Below the pieces are notes generated by a model. That model worked only from the letters and a program-made list of their open reading frames with translations, did no database searches and had not been told where the DNA came from. The translations under genes were made by a program, and so were the position numbers. From Utricularia gibba (lineage: Eukaryota; Plantae; Magnoliophyta), in NCBI GenBank assembly GCA_002189035.1, contig NEEC01000195.1:2603-66602 (forward strand): a DNA stretch of 64,000 nucleotides, read 5' to 3'. Positions 50,101 to 63,300 of this stretch are shown here, piece by piece. Positions within the stretch are counted from its first letter, which is position 1, and each line of letters begins with the position of its first letter.

Positions 50101-53100
50101 ATCGTTCGGTTTTCGGGGCTGCCTACATGGTTTTTCAAGGAACCGCTTCTCGTTTTGTGGCGGCCAGTCTCGCTGGGAACTTGGTCCTTGACCCCGATTC
50201 TGTATGGCTCATGAGGTCAACTGGATGCAAATCGATTAAAAAAAATGATGCATTTGTTTAAATTACGATGTCACGTGCACCCCACATGATTTTTTCAACA
50301 TACTTTATACTTGAGGAGGCGGTCTTGGGGCACTTGGAACCGGAAAAAGATCAGCTTAGGCCTTGGCCCAAAGTAAGTTGTAGCCCGGCAAAGAAAGTGA
50401 TGTATTTATTAACGTTCGGTTTTCGGTTGCCTACATGGTTTTTCAAGGAACAGCTTCTCGTTTTGTGGCGGCCAGTCTCGCTGGAACTTGGTCCGCCCGA
50501 TTCTTATGGCTCATGAGGGGATGCAAATCGATCATTTGTTTAAATTGCGATATCACGTGCACCCCACATGATTTTTTCAACAATACTTTATACTTGAGAG
50601 GCGGTCTTTGGGGCACTTGGAACCGGAAAGCAGCTTAGGCTTGGCCAAAGTAAGTTGTAGCCCGGCAAAGAAAGTGATGTATTTTATTTTTCGGTTTTCG
50701 GGGTTGCCTACATGGTTTTTCAAGGAACAGCTTCTCGTTTTGTGGCGGCCAGTCTCGCTGGAACTTGGTCCCCCCGATTCTTATGGCTCATGAGGTCAAC
50801 TGGATGCAAATCGATTAAAAAAATGATCATTTGTTTAAATTATGATGTCACGTGCACCCCACATGATTTTTTCAACAACTTACTTTATACTGAGAGGCGG
50901 TCTTGGGGGCACTTGGAACGGAAAAAGGTCAGCTTAGGCTTGGCCAAAGTAAGTTGTAGCCGGCAAATAAAGTGATGTATTTATTATCGTTCGGTTTTCG
51001 GGGTGCCTACATGGTTTTTCAAGGAACCGCTTCTCGTTTTGTGGCGGCCAGTCTCGCTGGGAACTTGGTCCTTGACCCCGATTCTGTATGGCTCATGAGG
51101 TCAACTGGATGCAAATCGATTAAAAAAAATGATGCATTTGTTTAAATTACGATGTCACGTGCACCCCACATGATTTTTTAACAACTTACTTTATACTGAG
51201 GAGGCGGTCTTGGGGGCACTTGGAACCGGAAAAAGGTCAGCTTAGGCCTTGGCCCAAAGTAAGTTGTAGCCCGGCAAAGAAAGTGATGTATTTATTAACG
51301 TTCGGTTTTCGGTGTTGCCTACATGGTTTTTCAAGGAACAGCTTCTCGTTTTGTGGCGGCCAGTCTCGCTAGGAACTTGGTCCGGGCCCGATTCTTTATG
51401 GCTCATGAGGACAAAAGGATGCAAATCGATGAATACAATGTTGCATTTGTTTAAATTGCGATATCACGTGCACCCCACATGATTTTTTCAACAACTTACT
51501 TTATACTTGAGCAGGCGGTCTTTGGGTGCACTGGAACGGGACAAAGGTAGGTTTGGCTTGCAGAGAGTTAGTTGTAGTCCGGCAAATAAAGTGATGTATT
51601 TTATTATCGTTCGGTTTTCGGGGCTGCCTACATGGTTTTTCAAGGAACCGCTTCTCGTTTTGTGGCGGCCAGTCTCGCTGGGAACTTGGTCCTTGACCCC
51701 GATTCTGTATGGCTCATGAGGTCAACTGGATGCAAATCGATTAAAAAAAATGATCCATTTGTTTAAATTATGATGTCACGTGCACCCCACATGATTTTTT
51801 CAACAACTTACTTTATACTGAGAAGGCGGTCTTGGGGCACTTGGAACCGGAAAAAGGTCAGCTTAGGCCTTGGCCCAAAGTAAGTTGTAGCCCGGCAAAG
51901 AAAGTGATGTATTTATTAACGTTCGGTTTTCGGTGTTGCCTACATGGTTTTTCAAGGAACAGCTTCTCGTTTTGTGGCGGCCAGTCTCGCTAGGAACTTG
52001 GTCCGGGCCCGCGATTCTTTATGGCTCATGAGGACAAAAGGATGCAAATCGATGAATAAATGTTGCATTTGTTTAAATTGCGATATCACGTGCACCCCAC
52101 ATGATTTTTTCAACAACTTACTTTATACTTGAGCAGGCGGTCTTTGGGTGCACTGGAACGGGACAAAGGTAAGGTTGGCTTGCCCGAGAGTTAGTTGTAG
52201 TCCGGCAAATAAGTGATGTATTTATTATCGTTCGGTTTTCGGGGCTGCCTACATGGTTTTTCAAGGAACCGCTTCTCGTTTTGTGGCGGCCAGTCTCGCT
52301 GGGAACTTGGTCCTTGACCCCGATTCTGTATGGCTCATGAGGTCAACTGGATGCAAATCGATTAAAAAAAATGATGCATTTGTTTAAATTACGATGTCAC
52401 GTGCACCCCACATGATTTTTTAACAACATACTTTATACTGAGGAGGCGGTCTTGGGGGCACTTGGAACCGGAAAAGGTCAGCTTAGGCCTTGGCCCAAAG
52501 TAAGTTGTAGCCCGGCAAAGAAAGTGATGTATTTATTAACGTTCGGTTTTCGGTGTTGCCTACATGGTTTTTCAAGGAACAGCTTCTCGTTTTGTGGCGG
52601 CCAGTCTCGCTAGGAACTTGGTCCGGGCCCGCGATTCTTTATGGCATGAGGACAAAAGGATGCAAATCGATGAATACAATGTTGCATTTGTTTAAATTGC
52701 GATATCACGTGCACCCCACATGATTTTTTCAACAACTTACTTTATACTTGAGGAGGCGGTCTTGGGGCACTGGAACGGAAAAGGTCAGCTTAGGCTTGAA
52801 AGTAAGTTGTAGTCCGGCAAATAAAGTGATGTATTTATTATCGTTCGGTTTTCGGGGGCTGCCTACATGGTTTTTCAAGGAACGCTTCTCGTTTTGTGGC
52901 GGCCAGTCTCGCTGGGAACTTGGTCCTTGACCCCGATTCTGTATGGCTCATGAGGTCAACTGGATGCAAATCGATTAAAAAAAATGATGCATTTGTTTAA
53001 ATTACGATGTCACGTGCACCCCACATGATTTTTTTAACAACTACTTTATACATGAGGAGGCGGTCTTGGGGGCACTTGGAACCGGAAAAAGGTCAGCTTA

Positions 53101-56100
53101 GGCCTTGGCCCAAAGTAAGTTGTAGCCCGGCAAAGAAAGTGATGTATTTATTAACGTTCGGTTTTCGGTGTTGCCTACATGGTTTTTCAAGGAACAGCTT
53201 CTCGTTTTGTGGCGGCCAGTCTCGCTAGGAACTTGGTCCGGGCCCGCGATTCATGCAAAAGGATGCAAATCGATGAATACAATGTTGCATTTGTTTAAAT
53301 TGCGATATCACGTGCACCCCACATGATTTTTTCAACAACTTACTTTATACTTGAGCAGGCGGTCTTTGGGTGCACTGGAACGGGACAAAGGTAGGTTTGG
53401 CTTGCACGAGAGTTAGTTGTAGTCCGGCAAATAAAGTGATGTATTTATTATCGTTCGGTTTTCGGGGGCTGCCTACATGGTTTTTCAAGGAACCGCTTCT
53501 CGTTTTGTGGCGGCCAGTCTCGCTGGGAACTTGGTCCTTGACCCCGATTCTGTATGGCTCATGAGGTCAACTGGATGCAAATCGATTAAAAAAATGATCA
53601 TTTGTTTAATTATGATGTCACGTGCACCCCACATGATTTTTTCAACAACTTACTTTATACTTGAGGAGGCGGTCTTGGGGCACTTGGAACCGGAAAAAGA
53701 TCAGCTTAGGCTTGGCCCAAAGTAAGTTGTAGCCGGCAAAGAAAGTGATGTATTTATTAACGTTCGGTTTTCGGTTGCCTACATGGTTTTTCAAGGAACA
53801 GCTTCTCGTTTTGTGGCGGCCAGTCTCGCTGGGAACTGGTCCCCCCGATTCTTATGGCTCATGAGGTGGATGCAAATCGATTAAAAAAATGATGCATTTG
53901 TTTAAATTACGATATCACGTGCACCCCACATGATTTTTTCAACAACTTACTTTATACTGAGAGGCGGTCTTTGGGCACTTGGAACGGAAAAGATCAGCTT
54001 AGGCCTTGGCCCAAAGTAAGTTGTAGCCCGGCAAAGAAAGTGATGTATTTATTAACGTTCGGTTTTCGGGTTGCCTACATGGTTTTTCAAGGAACAGCTT
54101 CTCGTTTTGTGGCGGCCAGTCTCGCTAGGAACTTGGTCCCGATTCTTTATGGCTCATGAGGACAAAAGGATGCAAATCGATGAATACAATGTTGCATTTG
54201 TTTAAATTGCGATATCACGTGCACCCCACATGATTTTTTCAACAACTTACTTTATACTTGAGCAGGCGGTCTTTGGGTGCACCTGGAACGGGAAAAAGGT
54301 AAGGTTTGGCTTGCACCGAGAGTTAGTTGTAGTCCGGCAAATAAAGTGATGTATTTATTATCGTTCGGTTTTCGGGGGCTGCCTACATGGTTTTTTCAAG
54401 GAACCGCTTCTCGTTTTGTGGCGGCCAGTCTCGCTGGGAACTTGGTCCTTGACCCCGATTCTGTATGGCTCATGAGGTCAACTGGATGCAAATCGATTAA
54501 AAAAAATGATGCATTTTTTAAATTACGATGTCACGTGCACCCCACATGATTTTTTCAACAACTTACTTTATACTTGAGGAGGCGGTCTTTGGGTGCACTT
54601 GGAACCGGAAAAAGATCAGCTTAGGCCTTGGCCCAAAGTAAGTTGTAGCCCGGCAAAGAAAGTGATGTATTTATTAACGTTCGGTTTTCGGTGTTGCCTA
54701 CATGGTTTTTCAAGGAACAGCTTCTCGTTTTGTGGCGGCCAGTCTCGCTAGGAACTTGGTCCGGGCCCGCGATTCTTTATGGCTCATGAGGACAAAAGGA
54801 TGCAAATCGATGAATACAATGTTGCATTTGTTTAAATTGCGATATCACGTGCACCCCACATGATTTTTTCAACAACTTACTTTATACTTGAGAGGCGGTC
54901 TTGGGTGCACCTGGAACGGGAAAAGGTAAGGTTTGGCTTGCACCGAGAGTAGTTGTAGTCCGGCAAAAAAGTGATGTATTTATTATCGTTCGGTTTTCGG
55001 GGGCTGCCTACATGGTTTTTCAAGGAACCGCTTCTCGTTTTGTGGCGGCCAGTCTCGCTGGGAACTTGGTCCTTGACCCCGATTCTGTATGGCTCATGAG
55101 GTCAACTGGATGCAAATCGATTAAAAAAATGATCCATTTGTTTAAATTACGATGTCACGTGCACCCCACATGATTTTTTTAACAACTTACTTTATACTTG
55201 AGAAGGCGGTCTTGGGGCACTTGGAACCGGAAAAAGATCAGCTTAGGCTTGGCCCAAAGTAAGTTGTAGCCCGGCAAAGAAAGTGATGTATTTATTAACG
55301 TTCGGTTTTCGGTTGCCTACATGGTTTTTCAAGGAACAGCTTCGTTTTGTGGCGGCCAGTCTCGCTAGGAACTTGGTCCGGGCCCGCGATTCTTTATGGC
55401 TCATGAGGACAAAAGGATGCAAATCGATGAATACAATGTTGCATTTGTTTAAATTGCGATATCACGTGCACCCCACATGATTTTTTCAACAACTTACTTT
55501 ATACTTGAGGAGGCGGTCTTTGGGGGCACTTGGAACGGAAAAAGGTAGGTTAGGCTTGCCAAAGTAAGTTGTAGTCCGGCAAATAAAGTGATGTATTTAT
55601 TATCGTTCGGTTTTCGGGGGCTGCCTACATGGTTTTTCAAGGAACCGCTTCTCGTTTTGTGGCGGCCAGTCTCGCTGGGAACTTTGGTCCTTGACCCCGA
55701 TTCTGTATGGCTCATGAGGTCAACTGGATGCAAATCGATTAAAAAAATGATGCATTTGTTTAAATTACGATGTCACGTGCACCCCACATGATTTTTTTAA
55801 CAACTACTTTATACATGAGGAGGCGGTCTTGGGGGCACTTGGAACCGGAAAAAGGTCAGCTTAGGCCTTGGCCCAAAGTAAGTTGTAGCCCGGCAAAGAA
55901 AGTGATGTATTTATTAACGTTCGGTTTTCGGTGTGCCTACATGGTTTTTCAAGGAACAGCTTCTCGTTTTGTGGCGGCCAGTCTCGCTAGGAACTTGGTC
56001 CGGGCCCGCGATTCTTTATGGCTCATGAGGACAAAAGGATGCAAATCGATGAATACAATGTTGCATTTGTTTAAATTGCGATATCACGTGCACCCCACAT

Positions 56101-57322
56101 GATTTTTTCAACAACTTACTTTATACTTGAGCAGGCGGTCTTTGGGTGCACTGGAACGGGACAAAGGTAGGTTTGGCTTGCGAGAGTTAGTTGTAGTCCG
56201 GCAAATAAAGTGATGTATTTATTATCGTTCGGTTTTCGGGGGCTGCCTACATGGTTTTTCAAGGAACCGCTTCTCGTTTTGTGGCGGCCAGTCTCGCTGG
56301 GAACTTGGTCCTTGACCCCGATTCTGTATGGCTCATGAGGTCAACTGGATGCAAATCGATTAAAAAAATGATGCATTTGTTTAAATTACGATGTCACGTG
56401 CACCCCACATGATTTTTTAACAACATACTTTATACATGAGAGGCGGTCTTGGGGGCACTTGGAACCGGAAAAAGGTCAGCTTAGGCCTTGGCCCAAAGTA
56501 AGTTGTAGCCCGGCAAAGAAAGTGATGTATTTATTAACGTTCGGTTTTCGGTGTTGCCTACATGGTTTTTCAAGGAACAGCTTCTCGTTTTGTGGCGGCC
56601 AGTCTCGCTAGGAACTTGGTCCGGGCCCGCGATTCTTTATGGCTCATGAGGACAAAAGGATGCAAATCGATGAATACAATGTTGCATTTGTTTAAATTGC
56701 GATATCACGTGCACCCCACATGATTTTTTCAACAACTTACTTTATACTTGAGAGGCGGTCTTGGGGGCACTGGAACGGAAAAAGGTCAGCTTAGGCTTGC
56801 CCAAAGTAAGTTGTAGTCCGGCAAATAAAGTGATGTATTTATTATCGTTCGGTTTTCGGGGGCTGCCTACATGGTTTTTCAAGGAACCGCTTCTCGTTTT
56901 GTGGCGGCCAGTCTCGCTGGGAACTTGGTCCTTGACCCCGATTCTGTATGGCTCATGAGGTCAACTGGATGCAAATCGATTAAAAAAAATGATGCATTTG
57001 TTTAAATTACGATGTCACGTGCACCCCACATGATTTTTTCAACAACTTTATTTACTTGAGAGGCGGTCTTGGGGGCACTTGGAACCGGAAAAAGGTCAGC
57101 TTAGGCCTTGGCCCAAAGTAAGTTGTAGCCCGGCAAAGAAAGTGATGTATTTATTAACGTTCGGTTTTCGGTGTTGCCTACATGGTTTTTCAAGGAACAG
57201 CTTCTCGTTTTGTGGCGGCCAGTCTCGCTAGGAACTTGGTCCGGGCCCGATTCTTTATGGCTCATGAGGACAAAGGATGCAAATCGATGAATACAATGTT
57301 GCATTTGTTTAAATTGCGATAT

Positions 57323-60300
57323 CACGTGCACCCCACATGATTTTTTCAACAACTTACTTTATACTTGAGCAGGCGGTCTTTGGGTGCACCTGGAACGGGA
57401 CAAAGGTAGGTTTGGCTTGCGAGAGTTAGTTGTAGTCCGGCAAATAAAGTGATGTATTTATTATCGTTCGGTTTTCGGGGTGCCTACATGGTTTTTCAAG
57501 GAACCGCTTCTCGTTTTGTGGCGGCCAGTCTCGCTGGGAACTTGGTCCTTGACCCGATTCTGTATGGCTCATGAGGTCAACTGGATGCAAATCGATTAAA
57601 AAAAATGATCCATTTGTTTAAATTATGATGTCACGTGCACCCCATGATTTTTTAACAACTTACTTTATACTTGAGGAGGCGGTCTTTGGGTGCACTTGGA
57701 CCGGAAAAAGATCAGCTTAGGCTTGGCCCAAAGTAAGTTGTAGCCCGGCAAAGAAAGTGATGTATTTATTAACGTTCGGTTTTCGGTGTTGCCTACATGG
57801 TTTTTCAAGGAACAGCTTCTCGTTTTGTGGCGGCCAGTCTCGCTGGGAACTTGGTCCGACCCCGATTCTATGGCTCATGAGGACAAAGGATGCAAATCGA
57901 TTAAAAAAAATGATGCATTTGTTTAAATTGCGATATCACGTGCACCCCACATGATTTTTTTCAACAAACTTTATACTTGAGGAGGCGGTCTTGGGGCACT
58001 TGGAACCGGAAAAAGGTCAGCTTAGGCCTTGGCCCAAAGTAAGTTGTAGCCCGGCAAAGAAAGTGATGTATTTATTAACGTTCGGTTTTCGGTGTTGCCT
58101 ACATGGTTTTTCAAGGAACAGCTTCTCGTTTGTGGCGGCCAGTCTCGCTAGGAACTTGGTCCGGGCCCGATTCTTTATGGCTCATGAGGACAAAAGGATG
58201 CAAATCGATGAACAATGTTGCATTTGTTTAAATTGCGATATCACGTGCACCCCACATGATTTTTTCAACAACTTACTTTATACTTGAGCAGGCGGTCTTT
58301 GGGTGCACCTGGAACGGGACAAAGGTAAGGTTTGGCTTGCACCGAGAGTTAGTTGTAGTCCGGCAAAAAGTGATGTATTTATTATCGTTCGGTTTTCGGG
58401 GGCTGCCTACATGGTTTTTCAAGGAACCGCTTCTCGTTTGTGGCGGCCAGTCTCGCTGGGAACTTGGTCCTTGACCCCGATTCTGTATGGCTCATGAGGT
58501 CAACTGGATGCAAATCGATTAAAAAAAATGATCCATTTGTTTAAATTATGATGTCACGTGCACCCCACATGATTTTTTCAACAACTTACTTTATACTTGA
58601 GAAGGCGGTCTTGGGGGCACTTGGAACCGGAAAAAGATCAGCTTAGGCCTTGGCCCAAAGTAAGTTGTAGCCCGGCAAAGAAAGTGATGTATTTATTAAC
58701 GTTCGGTTTTCGGTTTGCCTACATGGTTTTTCAAGGAACAGCTTCTCGTTTTGTGGCGGCCAGTCTCGCTAGGAACTTGGTCCGGGCCCGCGATTCTTTA
58801 TGGCTCATGAGGACAAAGGATGCAAATCGATGAATACAATGTTGCATTTGTTTAAATTGCGATATCACGTGCACCCCACATGATTTTTTCAACAACTTAC
58901 TTTATACTTGAGCAGGCGGTCTTTGGGTGCACTGGAACGGGACAAAGGTAGGTTTGGCTTGCAGAGAGTTAGTTGTAGTCCGGCAAATAAAGTGATGTAT
59001 TTATTATCGTTCGGTTTTCGGGGGCTGCCTACATGGTTTTTCAAGGAACCGCTTCTCGTTTTGTGGCGGCCAGTCTCGCTGGGAACTTGGTCCTTGACCC
59101 CGATTCTGTATGGCTCATGAGGTCAACTGGATGCAAATCGATTAAAAAAAATGATCCATTTGTTTAAATTATGATGTCACGTGCACCCCACATGATTTTT
59201 TCAACAACTTACTTTATACTTGAGAAGGCGGTCTTTGGGTGCACTTGGAACCGGAAAAAGATCAGCTTAGGCCTTGGCCCAAAGTAAGTTGTAGCCCGGC
59301 AAAGAAAGTGATGTATTTATTAACGTTCGGTTTTCTGTTGCCTACATGGTTTTTCAAGGAACAGCTTCTCGTTTTGTGGCGGCCAGTCTCGCTAGGAACT
59401 TGGTCCGGGCCCGCGATTCTTTATGGCTCATGAGGACAAAAGGATGCAAATCGATGAATACAATGTTGCATTTGTTTAAATTGCGATTCACGTGCACCCC
59501 ACATGATTTTTTCAACAACTTACTTTATACTTGAGAGGCGGTCTTTGGGGGCACTTGGAACGGAAAAAGGTAGCTTAGGCTTGCCCAAGTAAGTTGTAGT
59601 CCGGCAAATAAAGTGATGTATTTATTATCGTTCGGTTTTCGGGGGCTGCTACATGGTTTTTCAAGGAACCGCTTCTCGTTTTGTGGCGGCCAGTCTCGCT
59701 GGGAACTTGGTCCTTGACCCGATTCTGTATGGCTCATGAGGTCAACTGGATGCAAATCGATTAAAAAAAATGATCCATTTGTTTAAATTATGATGTCACG
59801 TGCACCCCACATGATTTTTTCAACAACTTACTTTATACTTGAGAAGGCGGTCTTTGGGTGCACTTGGAACCGGAAAAAGATCAGCTTAGGCCTTGGCCCA
59901 AAGTAAGTTGTAGCCGGCAAAGAAAGTGATGTATTTATTAACGTTCGGTTTTCGGTGTTGCCTACATGGTTTTTCAAGGAAACAGCTTCTCGTTTTGTGG
60001 CGGCCAGTCTCGCTAGGAACTTGGTCCGGGCCCGCGATTCTTTATGGCTCATGAGGACAAAAGGATGCAAATCGATGAATAAATGTTGCATTTGTTTAAA
60101 TTGCGATTCACGTGCACCCCACATGATTTTTTCAACAACTTACTTTATACTTGAGCAGGCGGTCTTTGGGTGCACGGAACGGGACAAAAAGGTTTGGCTT
60201 GCACCGAGAGTTAGTTGTAGTCCGGCAAATAAAGTGATGTATTTATTATCGTTCGGTTTTCGGGGGCTGCCTACATGGTTTTTCAAGGAACCGCTTCTCG

Positions 60301-63300
60301 TTTTGTGGCGGCCAGTCTCGCTGGAACTTGGTCCTTGACCCCGATTCTGTATGGCTCATGAGGTCAACTGGATGCAAATCGATTAAAAAAAATGATCCAT
60401 TTGTTTAAATTATGATGTCACGTGCACCCCACATGATTTTTTCAACAACTTACTTTATACTTGAGGAGGCGGTCTTTGGGGCACTTGGAACCGGAAAAAA
60501 TCAGCTTAGGCCTTGGCCCAAAGTAAGTTGTAGCCCGGCAAAGAAAGTGATGTATTTATTAACGTTCGGTTTTCGGTGTTGCCTACATGGTTTTTCAAGG
60601 AACAGCTTCTCGTTTTGTGGCGGCCAGTCTCGCTAGGAACTTGGTCCGGGCCCGCGATTCTTTATGGCTCATGAGGACAAAAGGATGCAAATCGATGAAT
60701 ACAATGTTGCATTTGTTTAAATTGCGATATCACGTGCACCCCACATGATTTTTTCAACAACTTACTTTATACTTGAGAGGCGGTCTTGGGGCACTGGAAC
60801 GGAAAAGGCTTAGGCTTGGCAAAGTTAGTTGTAGTCCGGCAAATAAAGTGATGTATTTATTATCGTTCGGTTTTCGGGGGCTGCCTACATGGTTTTTCAA
60901 GGAACCGCTTCTCGTTTTGTGGCGGCCAGTCTCGCTGGGAACTTGGTCCTTGACCCCGATTCTGTATGGCTCATGAGGTCAACTGGATGCAAATCGATTA
61001 AAAAAAATGATGCATTTGTTTAAATTACGATGTCACGTGCACCCCACATGATTTTTTTAACAACTACTTTATACTGAGAGGCGGTCTTGGGGGGCACTTG
61101 GAACCGGAAAAAGGTCAGCTTAGGCCTTGGCCCAAAGTAAGTTGTAGCCCGGCAAAGAAAGTGATGTATTTATTAACGTTCGGTTTTCGGTGTTGCCTAC
61201 ATGGTTTTTCAAGGAACAGCTTCTCGTTTTGTGGCGGCCAGTCTCGCTAGGAACTTGGTCCGGGCCCGCGATTCTTTATGGCTCATGAGGACAAAAGGAT
61301 GCAAATCGATGAATACAATGTTGCATTTGTTTAAATTGCGATATCACGTGCACCCCACATGATTTTTTCAACAACTTACTTTATACTTGAGCAGGCGGTC
61401 TTTGGGTGCACCTGGAACGGGACAAAAAGGTTTGGCTTGCACGAGAGTTAGTTGTAGTCCGGCAAATAAAGTGATGTATTTATTATCGTTCGGTTTTCGG
61501 GGCTGCCTACATGGTTTTTCAAGGAACCGCTTCTCGTTTTGTGGCGGCCAGTCTCGCTGGGAACTTGGTCCTTGACCCCGATTCTGTATGGCTCATGAGG
61601 TCAACTGGATGCAAATCGATTAAAAAAAATGATGCATTTGTTTAAATTACGATGTCACGTGCACCCCACATGATTTTTTAAACAACATACTTTATACATG
61701 AGGAGGCGGTCTTGGGGGGCACTTGGAACCGGAAAAAGGTCAGCTTAGGCCTTGGCCCAAAGTAAGTTGTAGCCCGGCAAAGAAAGTGATGTATTTATTA
61801 ACGTTCGGTTTTCGGTGTTGCCTACATGGTTTTTCAAGGAACAGCTTCTCGTTTTGTGGCGGCCAGTCTCGCTAGGAACTTGGTCCGGGCCCGCGATTCT
61901 TTATGGCTCATGAGGACAAAAGGATGCAAATCGATGAATACAATGTTGCATTTGTATGGCTCATGAGGTCAACTGGATGCAAATCGATTAAAAAAAATGA
62001 TCCATTTGTTTAAATTATGATGTCACGTGCACCCACATGATTTTTTCAACAACTTACTTTATACTTGAGAAGGCGGTCTTGGGGTGCACTTGGAACCGGA
62101 AAAAGATCAGCTTAGGCCTTGGCCCAAAGTAAGTTGTAGCCCGGCAAAGAAAGTGATGTATTTATTAACGTTCGGTTTTCCGTGTTGCCTACATGGTTTT
62201 TCAAGGAACAGCTTCTCGTTTTTGTGGCGGCCAGTCTCGCTAGGAACTTGGTCCGGGCCCGCGATTCTTTATGGCTCATGAGGACAAAAGGATGCAAATC
62301 GATGAATACAATGTTGCATTTGTTTAAATTGCGATATCACGTGCACCCCACATGATTTTTTCAACAACTTACTTTATACTTGAGCAGGCGGTCTTTGGGT
62401 GCACCTGGAACGGGACAAAGGTAAGGTTTGGCTTGCACCGAGAGTTAGTTGTAGTCCGGCAAATAAAGTGATGTATTTATTATCGTTCGGTTTTCGGGGC
62501 TGCCTACATGGTTTTTCAAGGAACCGCTTCTCGTTTTGTGGCGGCCAGTCTCGCTGGGAACTTGGTCCTTGACCCCGATTCTGTATGGCTCATGAGGTCA
62601 ACTGGATGCAAATCGATTAAAAAAAATGATCCATTTGTTTAAATTATGATGTCACGTGCACCCCACATGATTTTTTTAACAACATACTTTATACTTGAGA
62701 AGGCGGTTTGGGGGCACTTGGAACCGGAAAAAGGTCAGCTTAGGCCTTGGCCCAAAGTAAGTTGTAGCCCGGCAAAGAAAGTGATGTATTTATTAACGTT
62801 CGGTTTTCGGTGTTGCCTACATGGTTTTTCAAGGAACAGCTTCTCGTTTTGTGGCGGCCAGTCTCGCTAGGAACTTGGTCCGGGCCCTTTATGGCTCATG
62901 AGGACAAAAGGATGCAAATCGATGAAAAAAAATGTTGCATTTGTTTAAATTGCGATATCACGTGCACCCCACATGATTTTTTCAACAACTTACTTTATAC
63001 TTGAGCAGGCGGTCTTGGGGTGCACCTGGACGGAAAAAGTAAGTTTGGCTTGCGAGTTAGTTGTAGTCCGGCAAATAAAGTGATGTATTTATTATCGTTC
63101 GGTTTTCGGGGGCTGCCTACATGGTTTTTCAAGGAACCGCTTTGTGGCGGCCAGTCTCGCTGGGAACTTGGTCCTTGACCCCGATTCTGTATGGCTCATG
63201 AGGTCAACTGGATGCAAATCGATTAAAAAAAATGATCCATTTGTTTAAATTATGATGTCACGTGCACCCCACATGATTTTTTCAAACTTACTTTATACTT

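Noticed and set aside
53245-63150. Small private deletions at about 53252, 62887 and 63140, and homopolymer length variants throughout
   Set aside because: Each occurs once and fits the general deletion-biased error pattern, so they cannot be treated as biological without read support.
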